32,000 nt of DNA from Candidatus Saccharimonadota bacterium (GTDB taxonomy: Bacteria > Bacteroidota > Bacteroidia > Cytophagales > Amoebophilaceae): NCBI RefSeq assembly GCF_003351905.1, contig NZ_CP022339.1:720001-752000 (forward strand). The letters run 5' to 3'. Below the pieces are notes generated by a model. That model had not been told where the DNA came from, made no database searches, and was given only the letters and a program-made list of their open reading frames with translations. The position numbers and the translations under genes were made by a program. Of the stretch, positions 16,445-24,952 are shown piece by piece (positions within the stretch are counted from its first letter, which is position 1; each line of letters opens with the position of its first letter).

Positions 16445-17101
16445 CTATATTTTGGCGAGAACCGTAATCCCTCCTTTTATTTTATCACCTACAGCTACCT
16501 GGATATCAGCATCCAGGGGCAAATAGACCTCTGCCCTTGAACCAAACTTAATAAAACCACATTTCTCACCTTGTTGCACCTCTTCCCCTTCTTTAAAATA
16601 AAACTTGATGCGGCGTGCCATAAAACCCGCTATTTGTCTAAAAAGAATTTGTTGGCCATTCTCATTTTCAATTACGATGGAAGTTCTTTCATTATGCGTG
16701 CTAGCTTTAGGATGAAAAGCAACTAAGTACTTACCTGGGTGGTATTTAAAAAAGACAATCCTACCAGACATCGGAAATCGATTCACGTGTACATTAAAGG
16801 GAGACATAAATATGCTTATTTTGATGCGTTCTTCCCGTAAGTACTCCTCCTCATATACGTTTTGAATATTAATAATTTTGCCATCTGCTGGCCCTAATAT
16901 ATATTGATCTTGCGTATGGATGATACGGTATGGATCTCTAAAAAAATAGATTAACCAAAAATACAAAGCACCACTTACTACTGCAAATCCTATGGATTGA
17001 TGGTAACTAAATACCACTTTTTTATGCATGCCATAATAGATCAGCAACAGCAGCACAGGCGTCCATAACAAAATTTCTTTTCCTTCTTTATGTATTTTCA
17101 T
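16445..17101 (-). CDS. psd: phosphatidylserine decarboxylase proenzyme (short form)
   Basis: 218 aa with an N-terminal membrane anchor and a C-terminal FGSR(A) Gly-Ser self-cleavage site typical of Psd. Confidence 0.9.
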   Translation of the reverse strand: MKIHKEGKEILLWTPVLLLLIYYGMHKKVVFSYHQSIGFAVVSGALYFWLIYFFRDPYRIIHTQDQYILGPADGKIINIQNVYEEEYLREERIKISIFMSPFNVHVNRFPMSGRIVFFKYHPGKYLVAFHPKASTHNERTSIVIENENGQQILFRQIAGFMARRIKFYFKEGEEVQQGEKCGFIKFGSRAEVYLPLDADIQVAVGDKIKGGITVLAKI

Positions 17102-17344
17102 TACTTGAAAAATTAAAATCTAGTACTATCGTGGCGGTCATCCAATGGATGGTCCTTTCGCCCATAGGGGCAACGAAAATAGGTTTGGTTCCAGTTGTGC
17201 CTATAGATCGTTGGTATGCGCACCCGTTTAGGGCCGTCGATAAAAAATTTGGCACACAGTAAAAATAATATAAATATCTGTTTTTCACTAAAAAAACCAT
17301 GTGCTCAGTTTTTATCAAGCCCCGCATACTCTATATAATTCCTT

Positions 17345-18181
17345 TTACCCACAGAGCAAAGTGATCTTTAAAAATGCCACTACAGTAGGAATCGTTAACA
17401 ATAAACTGTCTACTCTGTCCAAGAGTCCTCCATGGCCTGGAATCATTTCACTAGTGTTTTTTACATCTACACTTCTTTTCAGCAACGAGGCAACCAAATC
17501 TCCATAGGTCCCGGTAAAAATGGTAATCACTGAGATCGCAAGCCACTGCCATAGGGGTAAAATATTAAAAAAATAGGCGGTCCCATAACCAGCCATAACT
17601 GCAAATAAGGCACCGCCCATAAACCCCTCCCATGTTTTTTGAGGAGAGATCCGTTTAAATAGTTTGGTTCGTCCTATGGTAGAACCCACTAGGTAGGCCC
17701 CCGTATCCTGACTCCAAACAATAGTTAATAAACCTAGGATCAGCTGGTTGGAATAGTTGCCTGTAAAAAAGGCTAGATAATGCAGCATGCTACAAGGCAT
17801 GGCAACATATAAAATTCCTAAAAAAGTAGCCGCGATATCTAAAAAGGGATTAGAGGGCTTGCGACTATAGAGCGCAACGATATATATTAAAACCGTTAAG
17901 GGAATACAGCTATAGCTTAATATAGGTAAAAAATTACCTTGGAGGTAGTAGGAAAAAGCTATTGTATACAAGAGTAGCCCTAAGCAAATGCCATAGCCAC
18001 GCATAGGTGTCACATTGGCTTGCTTCAGCAACTTATAAAACTCTAACATAGCCAACATGGCTACATAAAAAAAAAGAAAAAAATAGGTCCACGCAGACCA
18101 AAAAATAGCAAAAGTAATGACAGGTGCAAAGAAAACAGTCGAAAAAAAACGTTGCGCAAAATTGTTTTGTGTTTTGAACAT
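17345..18181 (-). CDS. cdsA: phosphatidate cytidylyltransferase
   Basis: 278-aa polytopic membrane protein. The C-terminal signature SLLKRSVDVKNTSEMIPGHGGLLDRVDS matches the CdsA motif. Confidence 0.9.
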   Translation of the reverse strand: MFKTQNNFAQRFFSTVFFAPVITFAIFWSAWTYFFLFFYVAMLAMLEFYKLLKQANVTPMRGYGICLGLLLYTIAFSYYLQGNFLPILSYSCIPLTVLIYIVALYSRKPSNPFLDIAATFLGILYVAMPCSMLHYLAFFTGNYSNQLILGLLTIVWSQDTGAYLVGSTIGRTKLFKRISPQKTWEGFMGGALFAVMAGYGTAYFFNILPLWQWLAISVITIFTGTYGDLVASLLKRSVDVKNTSEMIPGHGGLLDRVDSLLLTIPTVVAFLKITLLCG

Positions 18182-18197
18182 AATTGTAAATTTTTTG

Positions 18198-18356
18198 TAT
18201 CTGTTCCCGATACTGGTTAATAATGAATTTTATTCCACTTTTTTCTTGATAAAAAAGTGGGCAAAAAATCAAGCCCTCGGCAAAAAGTCGCTGAAAGTGG
18301 CATTTTACAGGGGCGTTTTTCTTTTAACGCAAAAAACCAGTGACTGGAACAGAGCC
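18198..18356. repeat. composite TGTTCA-core element, copy 4, with about 20-bp terminal inverted repeats
   Basis: Left end tatctgttcccgatactgg; right end ccagtgactggaacagagcc (reverse complement ggctctgttccagtcactgg). Internal hairpin CCACTTTTTT-CTTGAT-AAAAAAGTGG and a CGCCCCTGTAAAA module in reverse orientation. Flanks are AATTTTTTG and AATTTTTTTG. Confidence 0.6.
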
Positions 18357-18458
18357 AATTTTTTTGCATCAATGGTGCATCGTTTGCATAGTTTCTTATC
18401 CCAAGCCCATAGATGTTACAATGATATAAAATTTACCAAGAGTGGCAAAACATCTTAC

Positions 18459-21140
18459 CTAGGGGTAGTTTTGATCTGAAGTTGTTACTCCTGGCGCGTG
18501 TGCTTCCAGCCAATTGGCGCCTATATGCCCATTTACTTTAATCGGCACATTTTCCAGTGGCAAAGCTTGCGCCATAAGCAGTGGAATATAGTGCTGTATT
18601 TCCGCTACTTCTTCTGCTGGCACATTAAAAACCAGTTCATCGTGAACCTGTATAATCAGTTTGCTTTTCAGCTTATGGCTGGTTAGCCAGTGGTGAATCT
18701 GGATCATTGCGCGTTTAATCATTTCTGCTGCACTACCTTGAATAGGTGTGTTAATCGCATTGCGTTCTGCAAAGCTGCGTACCGCACTATTGCGTGCATG
18801 TATATCAGGCAACCAACGTTTTCTACCCAATAGGGTAGTGGCATATCCCTTTTGTTTGGCCTGGGCTATGGCGCGCTCCATATAGTTTTTAATACCTGGA
18901 AATTCTTCAAAGTAGGCAGCGATCAACTCAGCTGCTTCTTTTCTAGATACATTACCCATGCGTTCCGCAAGGCCAAAAGCCGAAATGCCATATATGATGC
19001 CAAAGTTGGCTATTTTAGCCTTTCGCCGCATTTCCTGATCTACCACTTCTGTTTTAAATAGTTTGCGTGCCGTGATCTGATGGATGTCTTTGTCTGCTTG
19101 AAAGGCCTTGATCATCGTTGCATCTTGTGCATAGGCTGCCATAATCCGCAGTTCTATTTGCGAATAGTCGGCAGAGAATAAATAGTCTCCTTCGTGGTGT
19201 GGAATAAAAGCTTTGCGCAGCCCTATGGTAGTTTTAATCGGTATGTTTTGCAAATTAGGTCCTGTAGCACTCAGCCGACCCGTTGTGACTACAGTTTGGT
19301 GATAAGCGGCATGGAGCCGTTGGTCTATGGGGTGGACCATGGTAGGGAGTGTCTCCACATAGGTAGAGCGGAGTTTTTGCCAGGCCCGGTATTCCATGAT
19401 GATGGGTACAATAGGATGCACTTTAGTGAGTTTAGTCAATACCGCTTCCCCCGTTGCATATTGCCCTCCTTTGGTTTGAATAGCCTTTTCATGCAGTTTT
19501 AATTTTTCAAATAGTACCTTCCCCAGTTGTTTGGGAGAGTCGATATTGAAGCTGGTTTCGGCCAATCTATAAATCTTTTCTTTTAGGTCATGGGTGGTGC
19601 GTTCCATCTCTGCCCCTAGTTGCTTGAGCAAGGTTAAGTCAATCGCAACACCTTCTAATTCCATTGCAGCCAGCACAGGTACCAATGGCATTTCAACCTC
19701 ATAAAATAACCTTTCCATTGCTTCATCCGTTAGGGCTTGTACAAGCTTTGGGTAGATTTGTAAGGTAAGTGCGGTTTGTTCGCTTAGATATCCTTTGTGC
19801 GCTTCGGGCGCTACAGCTTCCCTCTCGCTTGGTGTGTGCGGCGTATAGTCTAGGTATTGTTCTGATAAAGCGGCGAAGGTATGGCGTCCATCAGGCGCCA
19901 CCAACGCATGGGCGATCATTGTATCAAATAGGGGAGGGGCTATATGGAGTCCGTAGCGTTGCAATACGATCAGTGCATCCTTTACATTGTGCCCCACTTT
20001 ACATATATCCCTACGGTTAAAGAGTGGCTGCAGCAGTGCAAGCAATGGTTCGGCTGCGGCTGGATCAGTAGGTATCGCTAGATAATCTATTTGTCCCGTC
20101 TGGTAGGCAAAAGCGATACCTAGTAAGTCCGCGCGGTGTGGATCGATATGGGTAGTGGCGATATCAAAAGCCCATACCGCTACATGCTGCAGTTTTTGCA
20201 TCAATGTGGCACAGTCTGGCTGCATCAGCGTAGCGGCAACCCTTTCAGTAGTTTGCAATACATCAGCTGTTGCCCCTCCAAATAACCGTTGTTGAAGCTG
20301 TTTAAACTCCAGTAAGGTAAACAGCGGCTCCAATTTGGTTCTATTGGGCCCCTGGTAACGGCACGCTTCCCAATCCAGCGTAATGGGCACATCTGTACAA
20401 ATGGTGGCCAGCTGTTTAGAAAGTAAGCCCTGGTCAGCATATTGGATCAGGTTGGCTTTTAACTGACCCTTTAGCGTGTGGCTGTGCGCCAATAGATTTT
20501 CTAAGTGATCAAACGTTTTAATCAGCTTGCGCGCTGTTTTTTTACCAATAGAGGGGATACCTGGAATAAAATCAGAAGGGTCGCCTGCTAGGGCCAAAAT
20601 ATCCCTTACCTGTTCTGGTCTAACGATCTCCCATTCCGCCAAGATTTCCTTTTTGCCAAGTATCGTTGCCTTTTGGCCATGGCTATTCGGTTTATAGAGG
20701 TAGATACCATCCGTTACCACCTGCGCTAGGTCTTTATCTGTCGACATGATATAGGTAGTAGCGCCCACCGCTTTTTTGGCGAGTGTCCCCAGCAGGTCAT
20801 CCGCCTCATAGCCGCTATACGTCACCGATAGAATCCCAAATCCATCTAGGATCGCTTGGATATAAGGAATTGCTATAGAGATCGCTTCCGGTTGTGCCGG
20901 TCGATGGGATTTATAGGCTGGAAATAGTTCATGCCGGAAAGTTTTTGCTTTGTCATCAAAGGCAACGATCAGGTGGGTAGGTTTTTCTGTTTGCAATACC
21001 TCTATCAAAGTGTTGACAAAACCCAGTATAGCCCCTGTTTGAATACCCTTTCTGGTCAGGGTGACCGCCTTACCAAGCGCAAAATAGGCCCTGTAGATGA
21101 GCGACATACCATCTAATAGAAATAGCTTCTTTGATACCAT
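18459..21140 (-). CDS. polA: DNA polymerase I
   Basis: 5' nuclease (LLDGMSLIYRAYFA), a 3'-5' exo-like domain, and polymerase motifs A (DYSQIELR), B (RRKAKIANFGIIYG) and C (QVHDELV). The start at ATG 21140 (MVSKKLFLLDG) is preferred. The ORF-track start at 21221 adds 27 non-conserved aa and would overlap the upstream gene. Confidence 0.95.
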   Translation of the reverse strand: MVSKKLFLLDGMSLIYRAYFALGKAVTLTRKGIQTGAILGFVNTLIEVLQTEKPTHLIVAFDDKAKTFRHELFPAYKSHRPAQPEAISIAIPYIQAILDGFGILSVTYSGYEADDLLGTLAKKAVGATTYIMSTDKDLAQVVTDGIYLYKPNSHGQKATILGKKEILAEWEIVRPEQVRDILALAGDPSDFIPGIPSIGKKTARKLIKTFDHLENLLAHSHTLKGQLKANLIQYADQGLLSKQLATICTDVPITLDWEACRYQGPNRTKLEPLFTLLEFKQLQQRLFGGATADVLQTTERVAATLMQPDCATLMQKLQHVAVWAFDIATTHIDPHRADLLGIAFAYQTGQIDYLAIPTDPAAAEPLLALLQPLFNRRDICKVGHNVKDALIVLQRYGLHIAPPLFDTMIAHALVAPDGRHTFAALSEQYLDYTPHTPSEREAVAPEAHKGYLSEQTALTLQIYPKLVQALTDEAMERLFYEVEMPLVPVLAAMELEGVAIDLTLLKQLGAEMERTTHDLKEKIYRLAETSFNIDSPKQLGKVLFEKLKLHEKAIQTKGGQYATGEAVLTKLTKVHPIVPIIMEYRAWQKLRSTYVETLPTMVHPIDQRLHAAYHQTVVTTGRLSATGPNLQNIPIKTTIGLRKAFIPHHEGDYLFSADYSQIELRIMAAYAQDATMIKAFQADKDIHQITARKLFKTEVVDQEMRRKAKIANFGIIYGISAFGLAERMGNVSRKEAAELIAAYFEEFPGIKNYMERAIAQAKQKGYATTLLGRKRWLPDIHARNSAVRSFAERNAINTPIQGSAAEMIKRAMIQIHHWLTSHKLKSKLIIQVHDELVFNVPAEEVAEIQHYIPLLMAQALPLENVPIKVNGHIGANWLEAHAPGVTTSDQNYP

Positions 21141-21186
21141 TTGATCTATATAGGCCTTATTATTTAGCTTATGGGCCGGTAACCAG

Positions 21187-22107
21187 TTACCCTCCCCTAT
21201 AATAGTTTCCATAATGGGCATGGTCTAGTGTGGTAGCACATCCCCTGATAGGACATTTGCTTAGGCCTGGTAGGCGCATGCTTATGCCCACTTGGGCCAG
21301 TATACTACCTATAGCATGGCTTACACTAATCAGGTGGTTCGGTATGAGCCGTTTGGGGTTGGATGTTTCATACGCTTCCACCAATTCATTGTTGCAGCAA
21401 AACCCATAAGCTACCCGAAGCTGCCCATACAGATAACGTGTAATCTGTTTTTCCCATGTGCCTCCCAAGTCAAAGTTGCGCTCATAGATCCAATAATAGG
21501 CCTTACCTAACTCAGAATGGTTGTAGATACAAGGTGCCCAAGTACCATCTATTAATAAAGTATAATTCTGATTTTCAATTAACTTAAACCCTAATCGAAC
21601 CAAAGGTGTCCAAGTAAAGTAATAGGCTCGTTCAGGTATATAGTATAAAGCGTTGTTTCCCTCATTTTGTGCACCATTTGATGGTATGCTATCGACCCAT
21701 TGCCCGGCCATTTCTTTGAAAAAAGAGCAACGTATACCCATACCGCTACCGATGCGCAGCTGTCGAAAGTCCATAGTCACCAAAAATTGTGCAGCCAGGG
21801 TCATGCCTGTTCCCGTGAAGCCAAAGATGCCTTTCGTGTCGCTACCACTTATTCCATCGTTATCTTTCTCAAAGTGAATAGAAGGCGCATGGTGCCATCG
21901 GATCAGATAGGCTTGTGTGGTTGCTCCATTGACCTCCATTTCACCCGCTTGTCTACCAGGGTGCATGCCCTTAATGTGGACTTTATAGCTATCCGCTTGT
22001 ATAGAAAAAACACTTTGTAGCTGAATGCGGCTCCAGAAGGAGCCATTTGTAGCCCCTAATGCAACCAATGGGGCAAGCCACAGCAAGAACAGTAAAAAGC
22101 ACTTCAA
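21187..22107 (-). CDS. hypothetical secreted protein, possibly an outer-membrane beta-rich protein
   Basis: 306 aa. Sec-type leader MKCFLLFLLWLAPLVALG-AT. The remainder is rich in aromatic and Gly residues with an alternating pattern. No family recognised. Confidence 0.6.
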   Translation of the reverse strand: MKCFLLFLLWLAPLVALGATNGSFWSRIQLQSVFSIQADSYKVHIKGMHPGRQAGEMEVNGATTQAYLIRWHHAPSIHFEKDNDGISGSDTKGIFGFTGTGMTLAAQFLVTMDFRQLRIGSGMGIRCSFFKEMAGQWVDSIPSNGAQNEGNNALYYIPERAYYFTWTPLVRLGFKLIENQNYTLLIDGTWAPCIYNHSELGKAYYWIYERNFDLGGTWEKQITRYLYGQLRVAYGFCCNNELVEAYETSNPKRLIPNHLISVSHAIGSILAQVGISMRLPGLSKCPIRGCATTLDHAHYGNYYRGG

Positions 22108-22282
22108 AGGATGAAAGGTTTAATGGTAACCGGCTTAGCAACCTACGGTTAGGAGCTTAAAATTAGATTTTTTTGTCTTTATTTCCTAATTTGGCCCATT
22201 GGTTGCGTGGCAGCCATCGTTAAGCCTAGGGCGGGGTATTTGGTTTTTCATCGCTTGCGCACCATCTAAAAAGGACCTATCC

Positions 22283-23392
22283 ATGCGCTATTACATTGTT
22301 GCGGGTGAGCATTCTGGGGATATCCATGGTGCTGATTTGATTAGGCAGATCAAAAGGATAGATCCCCATGCTGATTTTTGGTCTTGTGGGGGAGGGGCGA
22401 TGGCAGTGGTCCTGGGTAAGCCTTGTCAGGTAGCGGGTACCCATATGGCCTATATGGGGATAGATTTTTTAAAAAAGTCCTATACCCTATGGAAGTGGTT
22501 ACAATTTTGCCAAAAAGGCTTGATCCACTATCGGCCCCATGTAGTCATTTTAATCGATTACAGTGGTTTCAATATGCGGATTGCCGCATTTGCCAAGCGC
22601 AATGGCTTTCCAGTTCATTACTATATACCGCCCAAGATTTGGGCCCATGGTCCACGAAGAATTGAAAAGATCAAGCGAGATGTAGATCAAGTATGGTCCA
22701 TTTTACCCTTTGAATCAGCCTATTATAAAGATCGTGGTTACCCCACCATCGATTATGTAGGCCATCCATTGGTCCAGCGGGTAGCTGACCATCGCATCAA
22801 TCCCGCTTTTAGAGCAGACAATAAGTTGGATCATCGGCCGATTATTGCTTTGCTACCTGGCAGTAGATTGGATGAGATTCGGCGCATCTTGCCGCTTATG
22901 GTTGCGCAGGGCACCTCTACCTATCAATGGGTAGTAGCTGGATTAAGTCATATCCCTCGTCATTTGTATCAAGCATGTCCACCTACCGTTCAAGTAGTCT
23001 ATGACCAAACCTATGACCTCATGGCCTTTGCCCGTGTGGGGCTCATTGCTTCTGGAACTGCTAGTTTAGAAGCCGCTTTATTTAATTTATTGCAAGTAGT
23101 CGTCTATAAAACCCATCCATTGGCATACTTTTTTTACAAAAGCATCGTTACGGTACCCTATATCTCTTTAGTAAACCTTTTGGTAGGCCAAGCGGTAGTT
23201 CCAGAACTCATTCAATATCAATATACCCGTGACAAGCTCCATGCCGCTTTAGAGACGCTTTTATCCGGTAGTGGGGTGACTAGGCAAAAAGAGGCCTATC
23301 AGACCATTCGTCAGTTGTTGGGGGCCCGTCATGCCGCTGTAGAAGCCGCTAAGGGCATAGTAGCCAGCGTAAAGAATCAACCTACACCATGA
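22283..23392 (+). CDS. lpxB: lipid-A-disaccharide synthase
   Basis: N-terminus MRYYIVAGEHSGDIHGA is the LpxB hallmark (AGE.SGD). LPGSR and SGTASLE motifs are present. ATG 22283 is preferred over the ORF-track start at 22199. Confidence 0.9.
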   Translation: MRYYIVAGEHSGDIHGADLIRQIKRIDPHADFWSCGGGAMAVVLGKPCQVAGTHMAYMGIDFLKKSYTLWKWLQFCQKGLIHYRPHVVILIDYSGFNMRIAAFAKRNGFPVHYYIPPKIWAHGPRRIEKIKRDVDQVWSILPFESAYYKDRGYPTIDYVGHPLVQRVADHRINPAFRADNKLDHRPIIALLPGSRLDEIRRILPLMVAQGTSTYQWVVAGLSHIPRHLYQACPPTVQVVYDQTYDLMAFARVGLIASGTASLEAALFNLLQVVVYKTHPLAYFFYKSIVTVPYISLVNLLVGQAVVPELIQYQYTRDKLHAALETLLSGSGVTRQKEAYQTIRQLLGARHAAVEAAKGIVASVKNQPTP

Positions 23393-23829
23393 AAGCATTA
23401 GGTAGGATTATGGCCATAGACTATGGCCTCAAGCGCGTCGGTATTGCCGTAACCGATCCCTTACAGATTATTGCCACCCCTTTGCAGACGATTGCCACAC
23501 CTACCTTATTCCTTTTTTTGAAGGACTATGTACAAAAGGAAAATGTGGTCACCATTGTGATGGGCATGCCCAAAGGCTTAAATGGCCAGCCTTCTACCAT
23601 GAGTAGCGTAGTAGAACAGGTCAGTATGCGTTTGCAACAGCAATTTCCAGCGCAACGTTTTTATTATCAGGATGAGCGCTTTACCTCTAAGTTGGCCATG
23701 CAGGGGCTTTACCAAGCAGGCTATTCCAAAAAAGATAGAGCGAGCCATATCGATCAAGTCAGTGCGGCGATTATCCTCCAATCCTTTTTACGTAGCATGG
23801 CGCACGCAATCGCATCACCTGCAGAATGA
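23389..23829 (+). CDS. ruvX: RuvX/YqgF-family putative pre-16S rRNA nuclease / Holliday junction resolvase-like protein
   Basis: 146 aa with (I)MAIDYGLKRVGIAVTD and DERFTS motifs. The start overlaps the lpxB stop (ATGA). Confidence 0.88.
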   Translation: MKALGRIMAIDYGLKRVGIAVTDPLQIIATPLQTIATPTLFLFLKDYVQKENVVTIVMGMPKGLNGQPSTMSSVVEQVSMRLQQQFPAQRFYYQDERFTSKLAMQGLYQAGYSKKDRASHIDQVSAAIILQSFLRSMAHAIASPAE

Positions 23830-23990
23830 GTTCCATGGTTAGAGTTACGTTATTACGTATAACAGCTATTTACCAGCGCTTAGAACGATTTATCCTCCAT
23901 TGTTTTTTGATATAATTTTACAAGACACTTTGTATAACCAACCATTGTTTAGATACAAATCTTATTTACTCAGGTATGCGCCTATCTTTC

Positions 23991-24392
23991 CTATTCTATT
24001 TTCTCGCCAATGGGTAGACGCGTTTCCTTTATGGGTTGGTTAGTCTGTATGGATACGAGTGGTGCGGTATCGATTGTAAACCATGTCCCCCACTCTGTAA
24101 CACATGAAATCCAGACTGAGTATAGTGTTTCCTGGCATCTCATGAGTGGGTTAACGCATGACATACAAGGTCGCATACAAGGTAGAAAGAACTTTGCTAT
24201 GCTATCCACCCAATTGGCTCGTTGCTCCGCTTCTATATCCGCTTCTATCTCCTCTTGTAGCTCCTGTTGCATCGGTTTATGCAATCTTTTTAGTCTCTCT
24301 TTGTCTGTGATCCATTGCTTAAATTCGGCCCAAAACCGCTCGCCTAATGCCTGTTCGGCTGCGCTGCACGCTGCTTTGATCGCTGGTGCCAT
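23991..24392 (-). CDS. hypothetical Cys-rich protein, or the downstream half of a frameshifted gene
   Basis: ORF 23991-24449 with an internal ATG at 24392 (MAPAIKAACSAAEQALGERFWAEFKQW...). An acidic coiled-coil-like segment is followed by a C-rich tail (CMRPCMSCVNPLMRC). Overlaps the 3' end of the upstream ORF in another frame. Confidence 0.35.
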   Translation of the reverse strand: MAPAIKAACSAAEQALGERFWAEFKQWITDKERLKRLHKPMQQELQEEIEADIEAEQRANWVDSIAKFFLPCMRPCMSCVNPLMRCQETLYSVWISCVTEWGTWFTIDTAPLVSIQTNQPIKETRLPIGEKIE

Positions 24393-24834
24393 GGTTAAAA
24401 TTTTTGATGTATATAGCTTTATCTTTGGCATTGCCCAGCTGAGCCACAAGGCACTGTAGAGACGTTATCGGTAATTTCAAGAATATGCCCTTAATCATTT
24501 CATGATGCTGATTATACTGGCTTATGAAAAACTCATTTTTATCCATAATAAATTCCATTGTTACTGAATACCATTGCTTCGCTTCTTTTTTGAAGCATTC
24601 GTGCACGATGGATCGTATGTGCGGTATAATTTCTTCATCACTTTTCTTGATTTCTGTCTTCCATATGGCTTTGAATTCGTCACCTATCGTCTGCTGAGCA
24701 GACGGGTCTGCATCATTTTTAATCGGTGACGCATATGGCGTAGTACAATAAACGCCAGTTGTACAATGGGTACCCATGACCATAGCCAAACAAAATAAAA
24801 TACCCTTATATGCGTGTGTGATATAGCTGTTCAT
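24319..24834 (-). CDS. hypothetical protein with N-terminal hydrophobic leader, or the upstream half of a frameshifted gene
   Basis: ATG at 24834 (MNSYITHAYKGILFCLAMVMGTHC...). The last ~25 aa (HGTSDQSSVQRSRTGIRRAVLGRI) look like out-of-frame read-through. Confidence 0.4.
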   Translation of the reverse strand: MNSYITHAYKGILFCLAMVMGTHCTTGVYCTTPYASPIKNDADPSAQQTIGDEFKAIWKTEIKKSDEEIIPHIRSIVHECFKKEAKQWYSVTMEFIMDKNEFFISQYNQHHEMIKGIFLKLPITSLQCLVAQLGNAKDKAIYIKNFNHGTSDQSSVQRSRTGIRRAVLGRI

Positions 24835-24952
24835 GGTATGATGTGTAAAAAAATGTATAAAAGCCAACTTGCTTTTAAGTTATAAAAAAATCTATTGCAT
24901 CTATCGTTCTATACCATTATATTCCAGGCAAGTTCATTAACCCATTGGTACC

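Noticed and set aside
17088-17327. 79-aa minus-strand ORF in the cdsA-psd spacer
   Set aside because: Its N-terminal half reads through degenerate repeat sequence and its 3' end overlaps the psd start, with no protein-like features. The region is reported only as an unexplained GC-rich island.
1589-18366. Possibility that the dispersed repeats form a CRISPR array
   Set aside because: The copies are kilobases apart, in both orientations and of different module composition. There are no regularly spaced direct repeats with unique spacers and no cas genes.
18033-18479. ORFs 18033-18272 (-) and 18117-18479 (+)
   Set aside because: They are built from the repeat-filled cdsA-polA spacer and overlap the cdsA start. 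Similar peptide strings (PLFYQEKSG, FLIKKW) recur simply because the DNA repeat recurs.
21141-21221. Extended polA start (MPIMETIIGEGNW...) and extended lpxB start at 22199
   Set aside because: The extensions precede the conserved family N-termini (MVSKKLFLLDG for Pol I, MRYYIVAGEHSGD for LpxB). For polA the extension would create a 35-bp overlap with the upstream gene, so the internal ATGs are preferred.
24010-24459. 149-aa plus-strand ORF
   Set aside because: It is antisense to the minus-strand hypothetical genes. It has an odd Ser/Cys/Ile-rich composition and no start context, so it is probably a shadow ORF.
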